A stretch of 64,000 bases of DNA. Origin: Eledone cirrhosa. Its lineage: Eukaryota. Location of the stretch: contig OZ024740.1 of assembly GCA_964016885.1 (NCBI GenBank), positions 349,246,001 through 349,310,000 on the forward strand, read 5' to 3'. Within the stretch, counting starts at the first letter, position 1. Each line of letters starts with the position of its first letter. A model generated the notes under the pieces. The model made no database searches. It was given only the letters and a program-made list of their open reading frames with translations, and had not been told where the DNA came from. A program made the position numbers and the translations under genes. Shown piece after piece: positions 12,062 to 24,527 of this stretch.

Positions 12062-12838
12062 TCTATATATATAAAACGGAGGATGTCTGTCTGTGTGTGT
12101 GTGAGTTTGAATCCCTAAAACTCGAGAAGCAGCCAACCGACAGTTTTCAAACTTTACACATGTAATACTTATGTTTCAGGGAGTGTTCAGCGCAAAATAA
12201 ATTTCAAATGTTCAATGCCCTAGGGACCGCATTAGGCGATTTGGTGATCTCTCTCTATAATTCTTAGTCTTTCTCTTTTTAGATAGAGACATACATATAA
12301 CGTCGTGCCCTTATAATATCTGTCTGTATGTCTGTATGTCTGACTGTCTGCATTATGTCACTTCCCTGAGGATGTCTGTGTGTGTGTGAGTTTCAATCCC
12401 TAAAACTCGAAAAGTACACAACCAACTTTTTCAAACTTTACATGTGAATTACTTATGTTTCAGGGAGTGTTATGCACATAAAAAATTCAACTTTTTCATC
12501 GCCTAGGGCCCGCATTAGTTGAAAAACTGCGTTTTTTCAGGTTTTTAGTGATTTTTTGAGGCGTTACGTCGGACTGATTTCCTTGAAATTGTAACTATGT
12601 ATTAGTCAGTCTCTTCTTCATACTGTGAGCAACAAAAATCAAACTTTTTATGGCCTAGGGCCCGCATTAGGTGAAAAATTGCATTTTTCCTGCTTCATCG
12701 AGGAAAATCTTAAAGATTATCCTGCCATCAGAGTATTCGGTTTATGTTCTTTACATATTGTCGAGGCATGCTCTAAGTCTGTTGGCGGTCCGCGTTCCAA
12801 AATACCTTATCCCGTGCAACGCCGGTTACCACTGCTAG
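12062..12838 (+). mobile_element. Non-autonomous Helitron-like element
   Basis: 5' TCtatatatataaaac.gaggatgtctgtctg, 3' ccgtgcaacgccgg...CTAG|t; no TSD. Confidence 0.7.
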
Positions 12839-13654
12839 TTAGTAAATAATATACAGATTATACAGCATTATCGATCCTGTATGTATACTGCCATATATAT
12901 CCTATAAAATATTATGATTTGTGTATGCAATTTTATTCATATGTGCATGTGTATTGATAAATTTACATGAATTCATATACTTTCAAATGGATGGCTCACG
13001 ACACGAATGCCTTAAATAGAATAACGTAGAACAGGAATACAAATACATAATTGATAATACTAGAAGAAAGCGAGAAGAAAGAAAGAAGGAAGAAAAGTTT
13101 TACCCTGCTAAGGTCTCGTACTTAAAAGCCAACGGCGCTCTGTTTGAAGTTTGGGGCTTGCGAGAATATGGGGACACATATAAAAAGGTTAGCCTGTTTT
13201 AAAAGGGGAATTTGGACATTAGAGCAGCCCATCCGAATCCCGATAAATCCGGCCCTTATTTTTTATAAATATATTAACATACAAATATTTGCTTGATTAC
13301 TAATATGCATATTTATGTCGGTAAAATAACTATATAAATATCTAGTAAATAATTACGGATATTTGTTAAAACTTGATTTAAATGTCGCTAGTTTCAAAAT
13401 TGAGCCATTTGTCTGTTGTTGTTTCTTATCTTTTCCACTACTCTTTTTAAGGCGAAAATCCTACTAACGTAGATCAACTGGTGTTCCATTTGCTTCGCTG
13501 TGTGTGATTGTATGTGCATATGTGTGTTTGTGTAAATATATGTGTGTGTCTGGTGCAAAGGTATGTGTGTGTTTGTGGAAATGTATGTGTGTGTTTGTAT
13601 GTCTGTGAGTGTGTATTATTGTAAGTGTGTCTGTGTTTGCGGGTTTTTGTTTAT

Positions 13655-14580
13655 ATACTCATGCTTATACCTTTATTATTGATTTTGTTAAGTGAGAGTC
13701 TTTGAGCATAATCTAGTGCAATGATATTAAAGATTAATGGGGCGCGAGTGTCACCCTGTAGCAGTCCTGCTGAAATGCCAAAGAACTCTGTTCGGCGATC
13801 GGGGGTGATGATAGTGGCATTTGTGTTCAGATACAGAGCTTTAATTGCTTTCCCAAATATTGCCAAATAAGTGTAGAATTTCAAACATTATGTCTCTGTG
13901 TATGCTGTGTATGCTGTCAAAAGCTTGTCTAAATTCAACAAGAAATAGAGCCAAAGTGTTTCTTCTCTGTACAACTGAAATTGAACTAGTTTACTGAAAA
14001 GCGAAATGACCCAAAGCATGAAATGAGCCGAGCCCTCAATGTGGCGTACACAACTGCTCTTGCAGAGTATGTAAAAAAAAGCACGCAGACTCATGGGCTC
14101 TAGTCAACGAAAGAACTGGTAGAAAAAAAGAAGCCTGCACCCATCATCAATGAGGCTCCCAAGAAGCTGGGTAAAAGAGCTGGACTAAACACTTCAAGTG
14201 AGTATTGGTACAACCTTCCACTATAGAAGAGGATCTCCAAAATTTGCGGTATAACCAGAACTCAACATCTCAACTGGACTTTTCACCTTGAGTGATATCA
14301 ACCAGGTGATCAAAGAACTTGAAAAAAAAAAATAATGGTTATACCTTTGTTATCGATTTTGTCAGCTGAGAATCTTTGAGCATTATCTAGTGCAATGATA
14401 AAGTTAACCTCGGCGGGATTTGAACTTTATGGTCTAAGGCTAACTTTGCCTTTCATCATTACGCGGTCGATAAAATAAAGTATGTACTGGATAATTGCTG
14501 GCCTTGTGCCAAAAGTATAAACATTTATGTAGTGCAATGATATTAAAGATTAATGGGGCAAGTGTGTCACCCTGCAGTGT
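13655..14580. mobile_element. Rearranged, decayed RTE-like LINE fragments (shorter copies ~4056-4790, ~33355-34085, ~52095-52825)
   Basis: Minus strand encodes the RT motif FFGISAGLLQGDTRAPLIFNIIALDY. A plus-strand piece (~14000-14330) resembles the EN-RT linker (LNISTGLFTLSDINQVIKEL). Confidence 0.7.
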
Positions 14581-15282
14581 ATTCCTGTAAAATGTATATT
14601 GGAGAAAATGCAAGCGTGTCTTGGGTCATCCTTTTAAAAGTATATGAATTCATGTAAATTAATATATACCCATATATATATAAATAACACTGCATACACA
14701 AATTTTACGTGAAAATTTAAATCTACGTTTTATAGTAGATTCTCATACCTAGCATAATGTCTCAAGTGTGGTGACCAAAATCCTGAATAAGATTATTGCA
14801 ATGTTCATGTTTTGACTATGGTGCCACGACTGTTTCCGGGAACATCGTTGGTATTTATTACCGACATTGAAATAATGTACTACAAAATTTCTCATATTTT
14901 TAAACTATTTCATAAAGTAAAGCTGTGATATTACTTTGATATACTGTCATGTGATTGGCTTTTCCTCAAAATTAACATGAAGTATATTGCATAAAAGGGA
15001 CTGTGTATAGTATGTGCTTCTTCAAAGGGCATAGGTGTGATATAACTAGAGCATTCGATTTGTAGATTTCACAAATATTTCTGACATAGCAAAATATGCA
15101 CAGCATTTCTAGAACCCTTAAAACGTTCGATCGAAATATATTTGAATTATCCCATTGGCCCCATAACATATATTGAGGGAAGCTATAGTCAATGAAGTCG
15201 ATCCCTAACAAATAATATAGATTATCGATGTCATATGAATAAAAGAGAAAATTAGAACTAACCTAATCTGAAACTGGAACAA

Positions 15283-15465
15283 AGGGCGGTGGATTGGCAG
15301 TAGAGAGTCGGACGCCATGCTTTCCAGCATAGTTACGTCCCTTTACGATCTGAGTTCAAATCCCGCTGAGGTTGACTTTGCCTTTCATCCTTACGGGGGT
15401 CGATAAAATAAAGTGCCAGTAATGTAGTGGGTAATTGCTGGCCTTGTGCCAAAACTAGAAACAAT
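15283..15465 (+). mobile_element. Nin-domain tRNA SINE upstream of copy 2
   Basis: ggcggtggattggcag...gagttcaaatcc...ggggtcgataaaataaag; absent at the same site upstream of copies 1, 4 and 6. Confidence 0.8.
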
Positions 15466-15980
15466 TATTTCCCGTAAATGATTACCAGATAAAACAATCT
15501 GAAGCCGCAAATATCACTCTGCCTACCATTTCAATATATGGCATGATATACACTTGGGAGAATCCGTAAGGAATCAGATATAATACCTTAAAATATCTTA
15601 TACGGTTCATTCATGTTATAAAGCATGCCCCACTAAGTTCTATGTTGTTTACACTATTTGTACAGGATACTATAAATATGTATATTTCCAATAAATGATA
15701 TAAGTACTTCTACTTTACCTCATCGGATGTAAACTTTCCCGTATTGTTGTTACTTCCGCCTGTATGAAATTATAAATGTTTTCAATAATGTGCATTACAT
15801 TATGACTAAAGTTTGATGTCAATTCCGCTACCGGTCCTTCATATATATATATAAGTCCTTTCACCATTGGTTTCATTACAAAAGTTTATCACTTTGGGAA
15901 CTGAACAAACACACGTCTCGTTTGTAAAATATCTTACGGTTTCTTTACATTTTCCATTTCCAAGTGAACAAACCAATATA

Positions 15981-17412
15981 ATGAAGATAACTAATGTAAG
16001 TAACGATTAATTAATATTACTATCTGATATATTCCTTTACGTATTTATACTTAGATATGTATTCTGGGACATATTTTAACTTTAAGAAGAGCCTATCTAA
16101 TCACTTGGTTTGATCACATACAATGTTTTCCATAGAATGTTGGACATTGTTGTGATACGAAGTGAGAAAGAAATGTGAGGAAACTATCTACAGCAGTACT
16201 GGACCAGTATTTATTTATCGATTTCGAAAGCGTGAAAGGAATATTAGAGTACCGAATCGAAGATTGTAAAGCAATCTGTGAGACGTTCTAAACTCTCAGC
16301 CAGTATAGTATATATATTGGACTATATAACAGTATATATAATGACACCATTCCACTCAACTAATCCGAAACAAGTAGAAATATTTATATGGATAAATAAT
16401 TATACAGAGACATTACTTTAACTCTGCAACTCCAAGTTATAAATTTACTAATGAATGAGATGATCTAAAGATATTTGTTTCATGAGTGAGTGTATTATTT
16501 CCTCTAAAATGTTACATGAAGGTTCTAAAACTACGGGTAACATACCACTTTGTTATGTAGCAGTAGTAAACCTGCTGGCAGTAATATCATTAATCTATTT
16601 CCTCTCCCGTTATAATACTTCCATCACACATCTCACATATATTTTTCTATAAATATATGCATTTTATTCATATATACACTGTAACGAAACGTTTTCGTAT
16701 CACATTACCTGACATCATTCATGATCATACGTCTAGCACACTATAGTAAATAAATATCTGTGGCATTGATTTCTATGTATTATGATTTAATTCTAAAGTA
16801 TACTGCTATTTTCTGATTTGTTTATCTGAATAAGTGTCACATGAAAATTATGAAGCACTCTTTGATATAATATTTTATATATTGCAGGTTCTCATACAGA
16901 TTGTCATTCTTCTCGTCAACTATATCTTAATTGTGACTTCGGCACCCATCCAGATCCAATGTGAAATACCAACTGACCTAAAAGACCAATACGAGAGTTT
17001 AACCAATGAAGACATCGGCAATAAATTCTTTCTACATGCTGAAATGGCTCCAGCAGTAAATAACGATACAACACTGTCACGAGAGAATGAAACAAGTACA
17101 ACACCTGCTGTTTCTTCTGATCTAGTCCATGAACGTTCAATTTGTCCTTGGAACCTGAAGATTATCCATGACCCAACAATCTTCCCTCCATCACGTACAG
17201 AAGTAGTGTGTCGTGGGGATAATGTTGAGTTCCCCGACAAAAATCACCAATGTGAGTCAGTATATACTAAAATGACAGTCCTCAATCATACAGGTACATG
17301 TGATTATGGACTTTATGTGTATAGTCCAATTGTAATAAATGTGGCAACATCGTGTGTTTATGCACGGAAAGTTGATGTGATAACTAAGGGAAATAACGAG
17401 TATGAGCAATAA
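15981..17412 (+). CDS. IL17: Interleukin-17-like cytokine, copy 2 (exons 15981-15995, 16888-17412)
   Basis: Near-identical to copy 1, intact frame and splice sites; intron 892 bp because of an internal deletion of about 630 bp. Confidence 0.88.
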
Positions 17413-17502
17413 AAGCAGTCATATTGAAAATTATAAAACTGCGTTGTAACGCAAAATGTATTCATGATATGAAACATTCAGTTGACCACCATGTGGTTTT
17501 TG

Positions 17503-17536
<34 letters not shown>

Positions 17537-18118
17537 CCCCATATATCCTATATCCTTATCGTTTATTCTATTTCTTTCAATCTTAATTTTTACTTTTTAA
17601 ACATCACTGTTTCAAGATTTACTATTCTTTACTATTTAATCTTAAATTAAAGGACTTTGTAATACATATTATATATATATTGTGATAACCTTTATATTGA
17701 AAATGTATATTTTTATGAGAATATACATATGCTATATATTAATTGGTTTATAAAATAATTGTATTTTTATATTTAATAAAGTTTGGTAAAAAATGTTCGT
17801 CTTTGATCTTTTCTTTCTTTAATTTCTCTAAACTGACCAAGACATTTATTGATTATGTTAATATTCAGGTAAAATGTTACATTGTCAGCTGTGACATTGA
17901 GTACTTGATCCCGTGATTTTTGTTCAGTCAATGTATATACATATTTATTAATAATAATCTGCCTGAGTGATAATAATATTTACATCAAATTCCATATGAA
18001 TTAATCTTTTCATCTATCTGTCTATCTGTACATCAATCTATCTATTATTCTATCTGTCTCTATATCTATACAAACGAGTGTAATTATGTGTACTTTTGTG
18101 TGGAAAAATAAACATAAT

Positions 18119-18171
<53 letters not shown>

Positions 18172-18215
18172 CACACACATTCATATATGTATCTATATCT
18201 ATACCAATATATATC

Positions 18216-19265
18216 TCTATATATAAAACAGAGGATGTCTGTCTGTCTGTGTAAATCCCTAAAACTCGAGAAGTACCCGACCGATTTTACACATGCGTTA
18301 CTTATCTTTCTTGAAGTGCAATGGGCTAAAAAAAATAAGGCGTGACTTAATGATAATCCAGCCGATTTTGCGCGAAAGTTGCAGTATACATTAGTTAGTC
18401 TCCTCGAATTGCTTTGGATTAAAAAAAAGCGTATAATATTTCGCTAAAAATTTGTTTTATTTAACAGAGGACACAACATTTACTTACTTTTAAGCAGGAC
18501 CATTTTCGGGGGATTGAGGAAATGAGGAGGACCTTAAAACTTTTGTCGGCTCCCTGTTGACGTTTCGTGTTTTTATCACGCGCAAATTCGAGCCCTGTGT
18601 AGGTTGCCGTGTTATTGACACAGTAAAACTCACGTCTGTGCTATTTCTACTAATACTCTTTTTGTTGCACCTACATCGCAGTATGAACGCCCCGCGCAAG
18701 TACGCCGAACAGCGGTTGTGTTAATTCCACGGTGACCTCCACTTGAAATTGTTGATGTTGATCCCAATGGTAATTCCGAAGAGTTCGGCATCCGGTATCA
18801 CAGTTGGGTCTATATCAGATCGGGTAGATTTACGAAGAGGCTATGGTCTCCTGTGGGGAAGGCCCAACATGCTGTGCGGTTGCATGGCATGTCTTACTCA
18901 AGCATTGCAGGCTTTACTCTGTACAGTATGCATGCAGGTATAATAGACATAAATGATGATGTCTGTCCAGATGACTAGGTGCGAATCTATAAATCTCCAA
19001 AGGTACCTAACCGATTTTCTCCAAATGGAATAAATCATACTCTAAGATTTAGTACGCTTAAAGAGTATCCAGCTGATTTTCTTCAGATCTTGCACAGATG
19101 TTTCACGATTCGGGCCTGCTGGTGTTCTACGTTTCCAGTAGATGAACAATCATTCTCTGAGAATAAGGGAATTCAAAAAGTACACAGCTACATTCCTCAA
19201 TCTTTGCGTATGCGTGTTGCTATTTCACGTTTCCTACCCCGTGCAACGCCGGCTCCTGCTGCTAA
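18216..19265 (+). mobile_element. Longer Helitron-like element with GC-richer internal cargo
   Basis: Same 5' TC and 3' gtgcaacgccgg...CTAR termini as 12062-12838; different interior. Confidence 0.65.
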
Positions 19266-19859
19266 TAAGCAAAGAGATATTTAACATATATACTCACCAA
19301 AATTATTTATATAAATATTTATATAAATATCTTGTTGTAATATAATAAAGTAAATCTACTTACAACCTTAATTCTTCATAAAATATACTTATAAATATTA
19401 TCTATATAATATTATAACTCACGATTAGAATAGATCCAATAATTAGTACTATCTCTCAATTTTTAAAATTGGTATTCCACCACTTCAACACATTTATGAT
19501 TCTCATATTATTTCATAGATATTACCAAAATATATAATTATAATTAAATAAATACATATAATGATATCACTCTCTTTACACCATCACTGGCATGATCCAT
19601 ACAGTTATATTTTAATAATAATAGTGTATTTCTAACTATAATATACTTTTTTCTTACACTCATTCCTTAAATTTTCTTACATCCTAGTATCAATATTAAC
19701 CTCTCTAGCGTCTAAATTTAACGATCTTCTTCAACTGTACGTTTAGCCTCATTAACCTTTTCATCCTAAGATTTGAAATTTCTTTCACTATCCAAACTGA
19801 ACTTAAAACGATAAGTCCTTGTTTTTTGGAAATGTCAATATTTATAAAACAACTTTTGT

Positions 19860-19918
19860 ATTTTATCTGATGAGTGCGTACCAAAATGTTGGTACCCTTG
19901 AAGTATATCTAATAAAAT
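19860..19918 (+). ncRNA. Degenerate hammerhead motif at the end of an AT-rich insertion (~19270-19960)
   Basis: attttat-CTGATGA-gtgcgtaccaa aatg ttggtaccctt-GAAG-tatatc-TA-ataaaat; stems I and II present, GAAA mutated. Confidence 0.45.
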
Positions 19919-19964
19919 AAATATGGTTTTATAATGATAGTTTCCATTTATTAATATCATTGAT

Positions 19965-19988
19965 ATATATATATATATAAAACTGAGG

Positions 19989-20087
<99 letters not shown>

Positions 20088-20591
20088 GCATTCAACTTTT
20101 TGATCGCCTGTGACCCGCATTATGTGAAAAAGTGCGTTTTTTTCAGCTTTTTATGGGCTTTTTTGAGGCGTTACGTGAGACCAATTTCCTTGAAATCGTA
20201 ACTATGTATTAGTCACTCTCTTCTTCATACCATGAGCAAAGAAAATCTAAATTTTTTATGGCTTGGGGCCCACATTAGGTGAAAAACTTCATTTTTTCAG
20301 CTTTTTAGGGCCTTTTTGAGGCGTTATGTGTAGCCGATTTTCCCGAAACTTCCTGGCATATGATACACATAAAAGAAATTCATTTTCTTGATCCTTTAGG
20401 GCCCGCATAAGGTGAAAACCTACATTTTTCCTGCTTCATCGAGGAAAATCTTAAAGATTATCCAGCCATCAGAGTATTCGGTTTATTTCCTTTACATATT
20501 GTCCAGGCATGCAGTTTTTCCACGATTAGGTCTGTTGGCGGCGCGCGTTCCAAAATACCTTATCCCGTGCAACGCCGGGTACCACTGCTAG
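19965..20591 (+). mobile_element. Helitron-like element with internal tandem subrepeats
   Basis: tatataaaactgaggatg(tg)n start; repeated gggcccgcattaggtgaaaa units; ccgtgcaacgccgggtaccactgCTAG|t end. Confidence 0.65.
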
Positions 20592-20642
<51 letters not shown>

Positions 20643-20644
20643 CT

Positions 20645-21945
20645 AGACAGCCATGACTTTAGCCATTTCTGCCCCAGTAGACCATAAGAGGTAGAGCACC
20701 CACCATACCCTCAATGGCAAAAATGACTCCCATGGGAAGGTGGACCAAAAATAATGATCAGGTGAGAAAAATGGTCGCGCATGCAATAGGGTCTTGTATT
20801 AAAACTACCCTAAAGGGCCATTTATTCAAGTTCAATGAAAAGATCTACACCCAAAATGGGGGAGCAGCCTTTTGCGTCAGCATAGCTGGTGATGTTGCCA
20901 ACCTTTTTATGGTATGGTGGGAAAGGAGACTCAAATATCTCCTTGAAGAGAGCTCCATAAACCTCATTGTGTACTCTCGTAACGTAGACTATATTAATAT
21001 AGTAATAAGGACACCCTCACAACGAACATAATTTAGAATATAGCACAATGGAACGCATCCAGCAGATAGCTAACTCCATACACCAGAGTATAACTGTAAC
21101 TATCGACTACTCTTCCAAAGACCCTAACAATAGACTACCTGTATTAGACACGGGACCCTGGATTAACACTATAGACGAGAGGGCCCAAATTCTCCACTCA
21201 CACTACGCTAAACCTATGGCCTCCAAATATCTGATACTCAAAAACTCAGCAATGTCCAGTAGTGCTAAGTTTAATATTCTGATCGCAGACTTGGTACGGG
21301 TGATGAAGAACGTGTCCCGCATGTGCGACCCAACAGAAATGGAAAGACACATCCAACACTTCATCAACCGCATGCAGTTCTCTGGCTACAACCAAAGAGA
21401 CAGAATCAGGGTATACGAAGGAGCCACGGAGAAGTATAAGACCCTCATAGAGCTGGACATGAAAGAACAAATCAGACACGTCATGGTACGTGAGTGTCAT
21501 GTTCGTGGAAGCTACCCCTAGAGGAAAATTAGCTAACCAATGTAGAAAGGCTCTGAGAAAGACCCACTTTTTTATTAAGGTGGTAGAAAAGCCAGGAACT
21601 ACCATGAGATGCCTGATCAGCAAAACATACCCTTTTCAGAAAACCCACTGTACTAATAAGAAATGTGTTATATGTAAAGTAAACCCCCAGATAAACTGTA
21701 AAACTAGAAATGTAGTCTATAGCATAAGATGTACAGAGGGTACTTGCAGAAACATGACAACAACATACATAGGTGAGACAGCTCGTAGCATAGACCAACA
21801 CTGGAGGGAACTAAAAGGACAAAAAACGCCAGACAACACGACGGTAACATAGACAACATAGAAATTAAAATAATATCTAGACATAGAAATGACCCAACAG
21901 GTAGGCAAATCAGAGAAGCAATCGAAATGGGTATTAGGTAACTTA
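20645..21945 (+). mobile_element. Decayed Penelope-like retroelement fragment (RT + GIY-YIG endonuclease)
   Basis: Frameshifted ORFs 20714-21852: HLFKFNEKIYTQNGGAA..VANLFM..YSRNVD; LPVLD..HYAKPM; Cys cluster then NVVYSIRC...YIGETARS. Absent at the corresponding sites near 41760 and 60370. Confidence 0.85.
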
Positions 21946-23104
21946 TACCACTCTCTGCTTCACAGTACATAAACCTGTGGGAGCAGACATCGAATTGGCG
22001 CATCACATCATTTCACTGAGTGGGTGTTTCATATACTGTTAGGTATAATGTTTTAGCACAACATATGTGTTCACGAAGAACTGGCGTACTACAAATTACT
22101 ACAATCTGTTCATGGGAAATTATCGATTGACCCCATTGCTCTTCAGTCTAATATATAATTTTGAGTATTCAAAATATATTTTCTAAAACACCATAGTAAT
22201 TATAATACTCTTAAGAAAATGTGTCAACTAATCTAAGACAGATAGCTGAATCTCCTACCGCTACCATTCCTTTCTCAACTCTTCTAAAAAATTCAGAGAG
22301 CTGGACAATATATCTCCAAAATATCGATAAACATAAGTCTTTGTATATATGGATGTAAAACATACGTGGAAGTAATTAATCGGGATATTATGGAACGTTT
22401 TGTATTCTCACTTCTTACTAGATTCATCATAATTATGAAACAAATATTTATCATCATACATTTAATACTTAAAACAATATGTAGAAATATATAAATATGA
22501 CCCTACAAATAATTATGTTATAAAGTCTTGAGAAACTTCACAATATACCTCCGACATGTATCGACGTACATATGCAACTTCATTAAACGACCCTGGACAT
22601 TTGTGTTTTAAGTAATGCGGACCTAATTAATCAGTTAAAATGGGAACCTATTGTATTCCCACTTCTTACAAGCAATATAGTTAAATAAATATTCATGGTC
22701 AAACTATAATCTATATCTAATTTGCCCGACATCCGTCCGTTACACAATGCGTGTGTGTATGTGTGTCTGTGTGTCTGTGTGTATGTATGTTTAAACGGAG
22801 GGAAGAGGATGATTAATAACTACAGCAAAACCTCAAGTGGTGTTACATTTGCTTCGCTGTGTGTGAGTGTGTGCATGTGTGTGTGTGTGTGCTCCTGTAA
22901 ATGTATGTGCTTGTGTTGTGTGAATGCATGTCTGTGCATTATTGTGAGCATGTCTGTGGTTGCACGTTTTTGTTTATATACTCACGAATATAAATATGTG
23001 AAGGCGCATGGCTTAGTGGTTAGAGCACTAGGCTTGCAGTCTTGTACTCTCAGTCGCTTCACGCCATGAAACCGGGATAGCACGGGCCAAATGAACCTTC
23101 TGGC

Positions 23105-23575
23105 TTAAGACAGACTTTAGACTTACAGCCTGCCCGCCCAACCAGTGGGATGGCGTCATCGTGTGGCTAAAACAACACATGCTGTGACCAGCGGCGCCGA
23201 ATGGCACCTGGCAGACTGGTCGGTCAAGGTGCATATAAATATATGTCGTTGTCTGTGCCTTTTGATATGTACTCTGTTTTACCCTGGTTGAGGTGTAGCC
23301 CAACAAGGGCAGCTATTTCCTGGAGAGTGTCAAACATTTTTGCGCATTTTCTAGCCTATCTGCAAGAAGCACAATGTCATCCGCAAAGTCAAGGTCAGTA
23401 AGATTTTTAGAGGGGTGCCTAGAGCTCATGCGGGAATTTATGGTTATACCTTTGTTATTGATTTTGTCAACTGAGAGTCTCAAGCGTTGTCCAGTGCAAT
23501 CATTGAGCTTATTCCACAGGTGGTATGGTGTATGCTCCTGATATTCTCAGAGATGATATCTTTAATCTTATTTTG
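23105..23575 (-). mobile_element. RTE-like LINE 3' fragment (copies ~43055-43525, ~61675-62145)
   Basis: Minus strand at ~23355-23405 translates to LTDLDFADDIVLLADR (RT catalytic FADD). Confidence 0.75.
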
Positions 23576-23578
23576 GTA

Positions 23579-23638
<60 letters not shown>

Positions 23639-23689
23639 AAATGGGGAGAAGAATACTGCAGGTTGCACATGGATAACATGTTGTAATAT

Positions 23690-23793
23690 GAGTCCCGCCG
23701 AGGTTAACTTTGCCTTTCATCCTTACGGGGTCGATAAAATAAAGTACCAGTAATGAACTGGGTAATTGCTGGCCTTGTGCCTAAAATAGAAAC

Positions 23794-23795
<2 letters not shown>
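23690..23795 (+). mobile_element. 5'-truncated Nin-domain SINE
   Basis: cccgccgaggttaactttgcctttcatccttacggggtcgataaaataaagtaccag. Confidence 0.7.
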
Positions 23796-23824
<29 letters not shown>

Positions 23825-23825
23825 C

Positions 23826-24517
23826 TATTCTATGATCGGAATTAAGAGTATTCCGCAGTTCACAGTAATAATAATAATATTAGCTCAAAGTTTTCTATAC
23901 AGTAACGGTAAAAATCACTTGTAATAATCCTTTACACACATTTCACTGTGTAACACACTTCTATTTGTGTAATATATTTGTATCAGAGCACAGAAGAAAA
24001 TTCTCTATTCTTCTTTGAGCTAATATTATTATTATTACTGTGAACTGCGGAATACTCTTAATTCCTAGTATACTTAACGAGCTCCAAATTGTTGAGCTAA
24101 CAAATTCGAATAGTTGGGCTGCGCTCTCTAGCATTTTCGCCAATCCATGACAACCGTTATTTGATGCAAATAACACGTGATTTCGCCCTACCCTGGGCAG
24201 CGTGTATATTAGCTTTCGATCTATCCATGAGGCTAGATGTGTAGTAAAGAGAAGCCACATTTTCTGACTGATGAACCTGTGGCTGTTAAACTGCACATTT
24301 CTGTGGCGAAACGAACTTAATTCGTATCAGCAAACTTATAGGTTAGTAATTTAAAACTCTACTTCACTGATTTGATTCTGACTTAGGTTTTTTTCCTAAT
24401 TAATTGCTAAACCTGTAGATATTGTTTTCTATACAGTAACGGTAAAAATCACTTTTAATAATCCTTTACACACATTTCACTGTGCAACACACTTCTATTT
24501 GTGTAATATATTTGTAT
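23826..24517 (+). mobile_element. Non-coding Penelope pLTR/retrozyme-like element carrying a hammerhead (copy 62482-63180; stub 43612-43770)
   Basis: Direct terminal repeats 23891-23983 and 24426-24517, 5' inverted segment 23839-23890 vs 24013-24065, internal hammerhead, TA-microsatellite flanks. Confidence 0.65.
24260..24334 (+). ncRNA. Type I hammerhead ribozyme motif
   Basis: ttttctga-CTGATGA-(stem II)-GAAA-CGAA cttaa TTCG-TA-tcagcaaa; GUA cleavage triplet at 24324-24326; stem II weak. Confidence 0.65.
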
Positions 24518-24527
24518 ATATATATAT

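Noticed and set aside
16834-16887. N-terminal extension MSHENYEALFDIIFYILQ in copies 2, 4, 6
   Set aside because: GTG start in the intron 3' end; interrupted by a stop in copies 1, 3, 5; ends at the ttgcag acceptor.
20090-20440. Regularly recurring gggcccgcattaggtgaaaa motifs resembling a CRISPR array
   Set aside because: Eukaryotic context; the spacers are homologous to each other, so these are internal subrepeats of a Helitron-like element.
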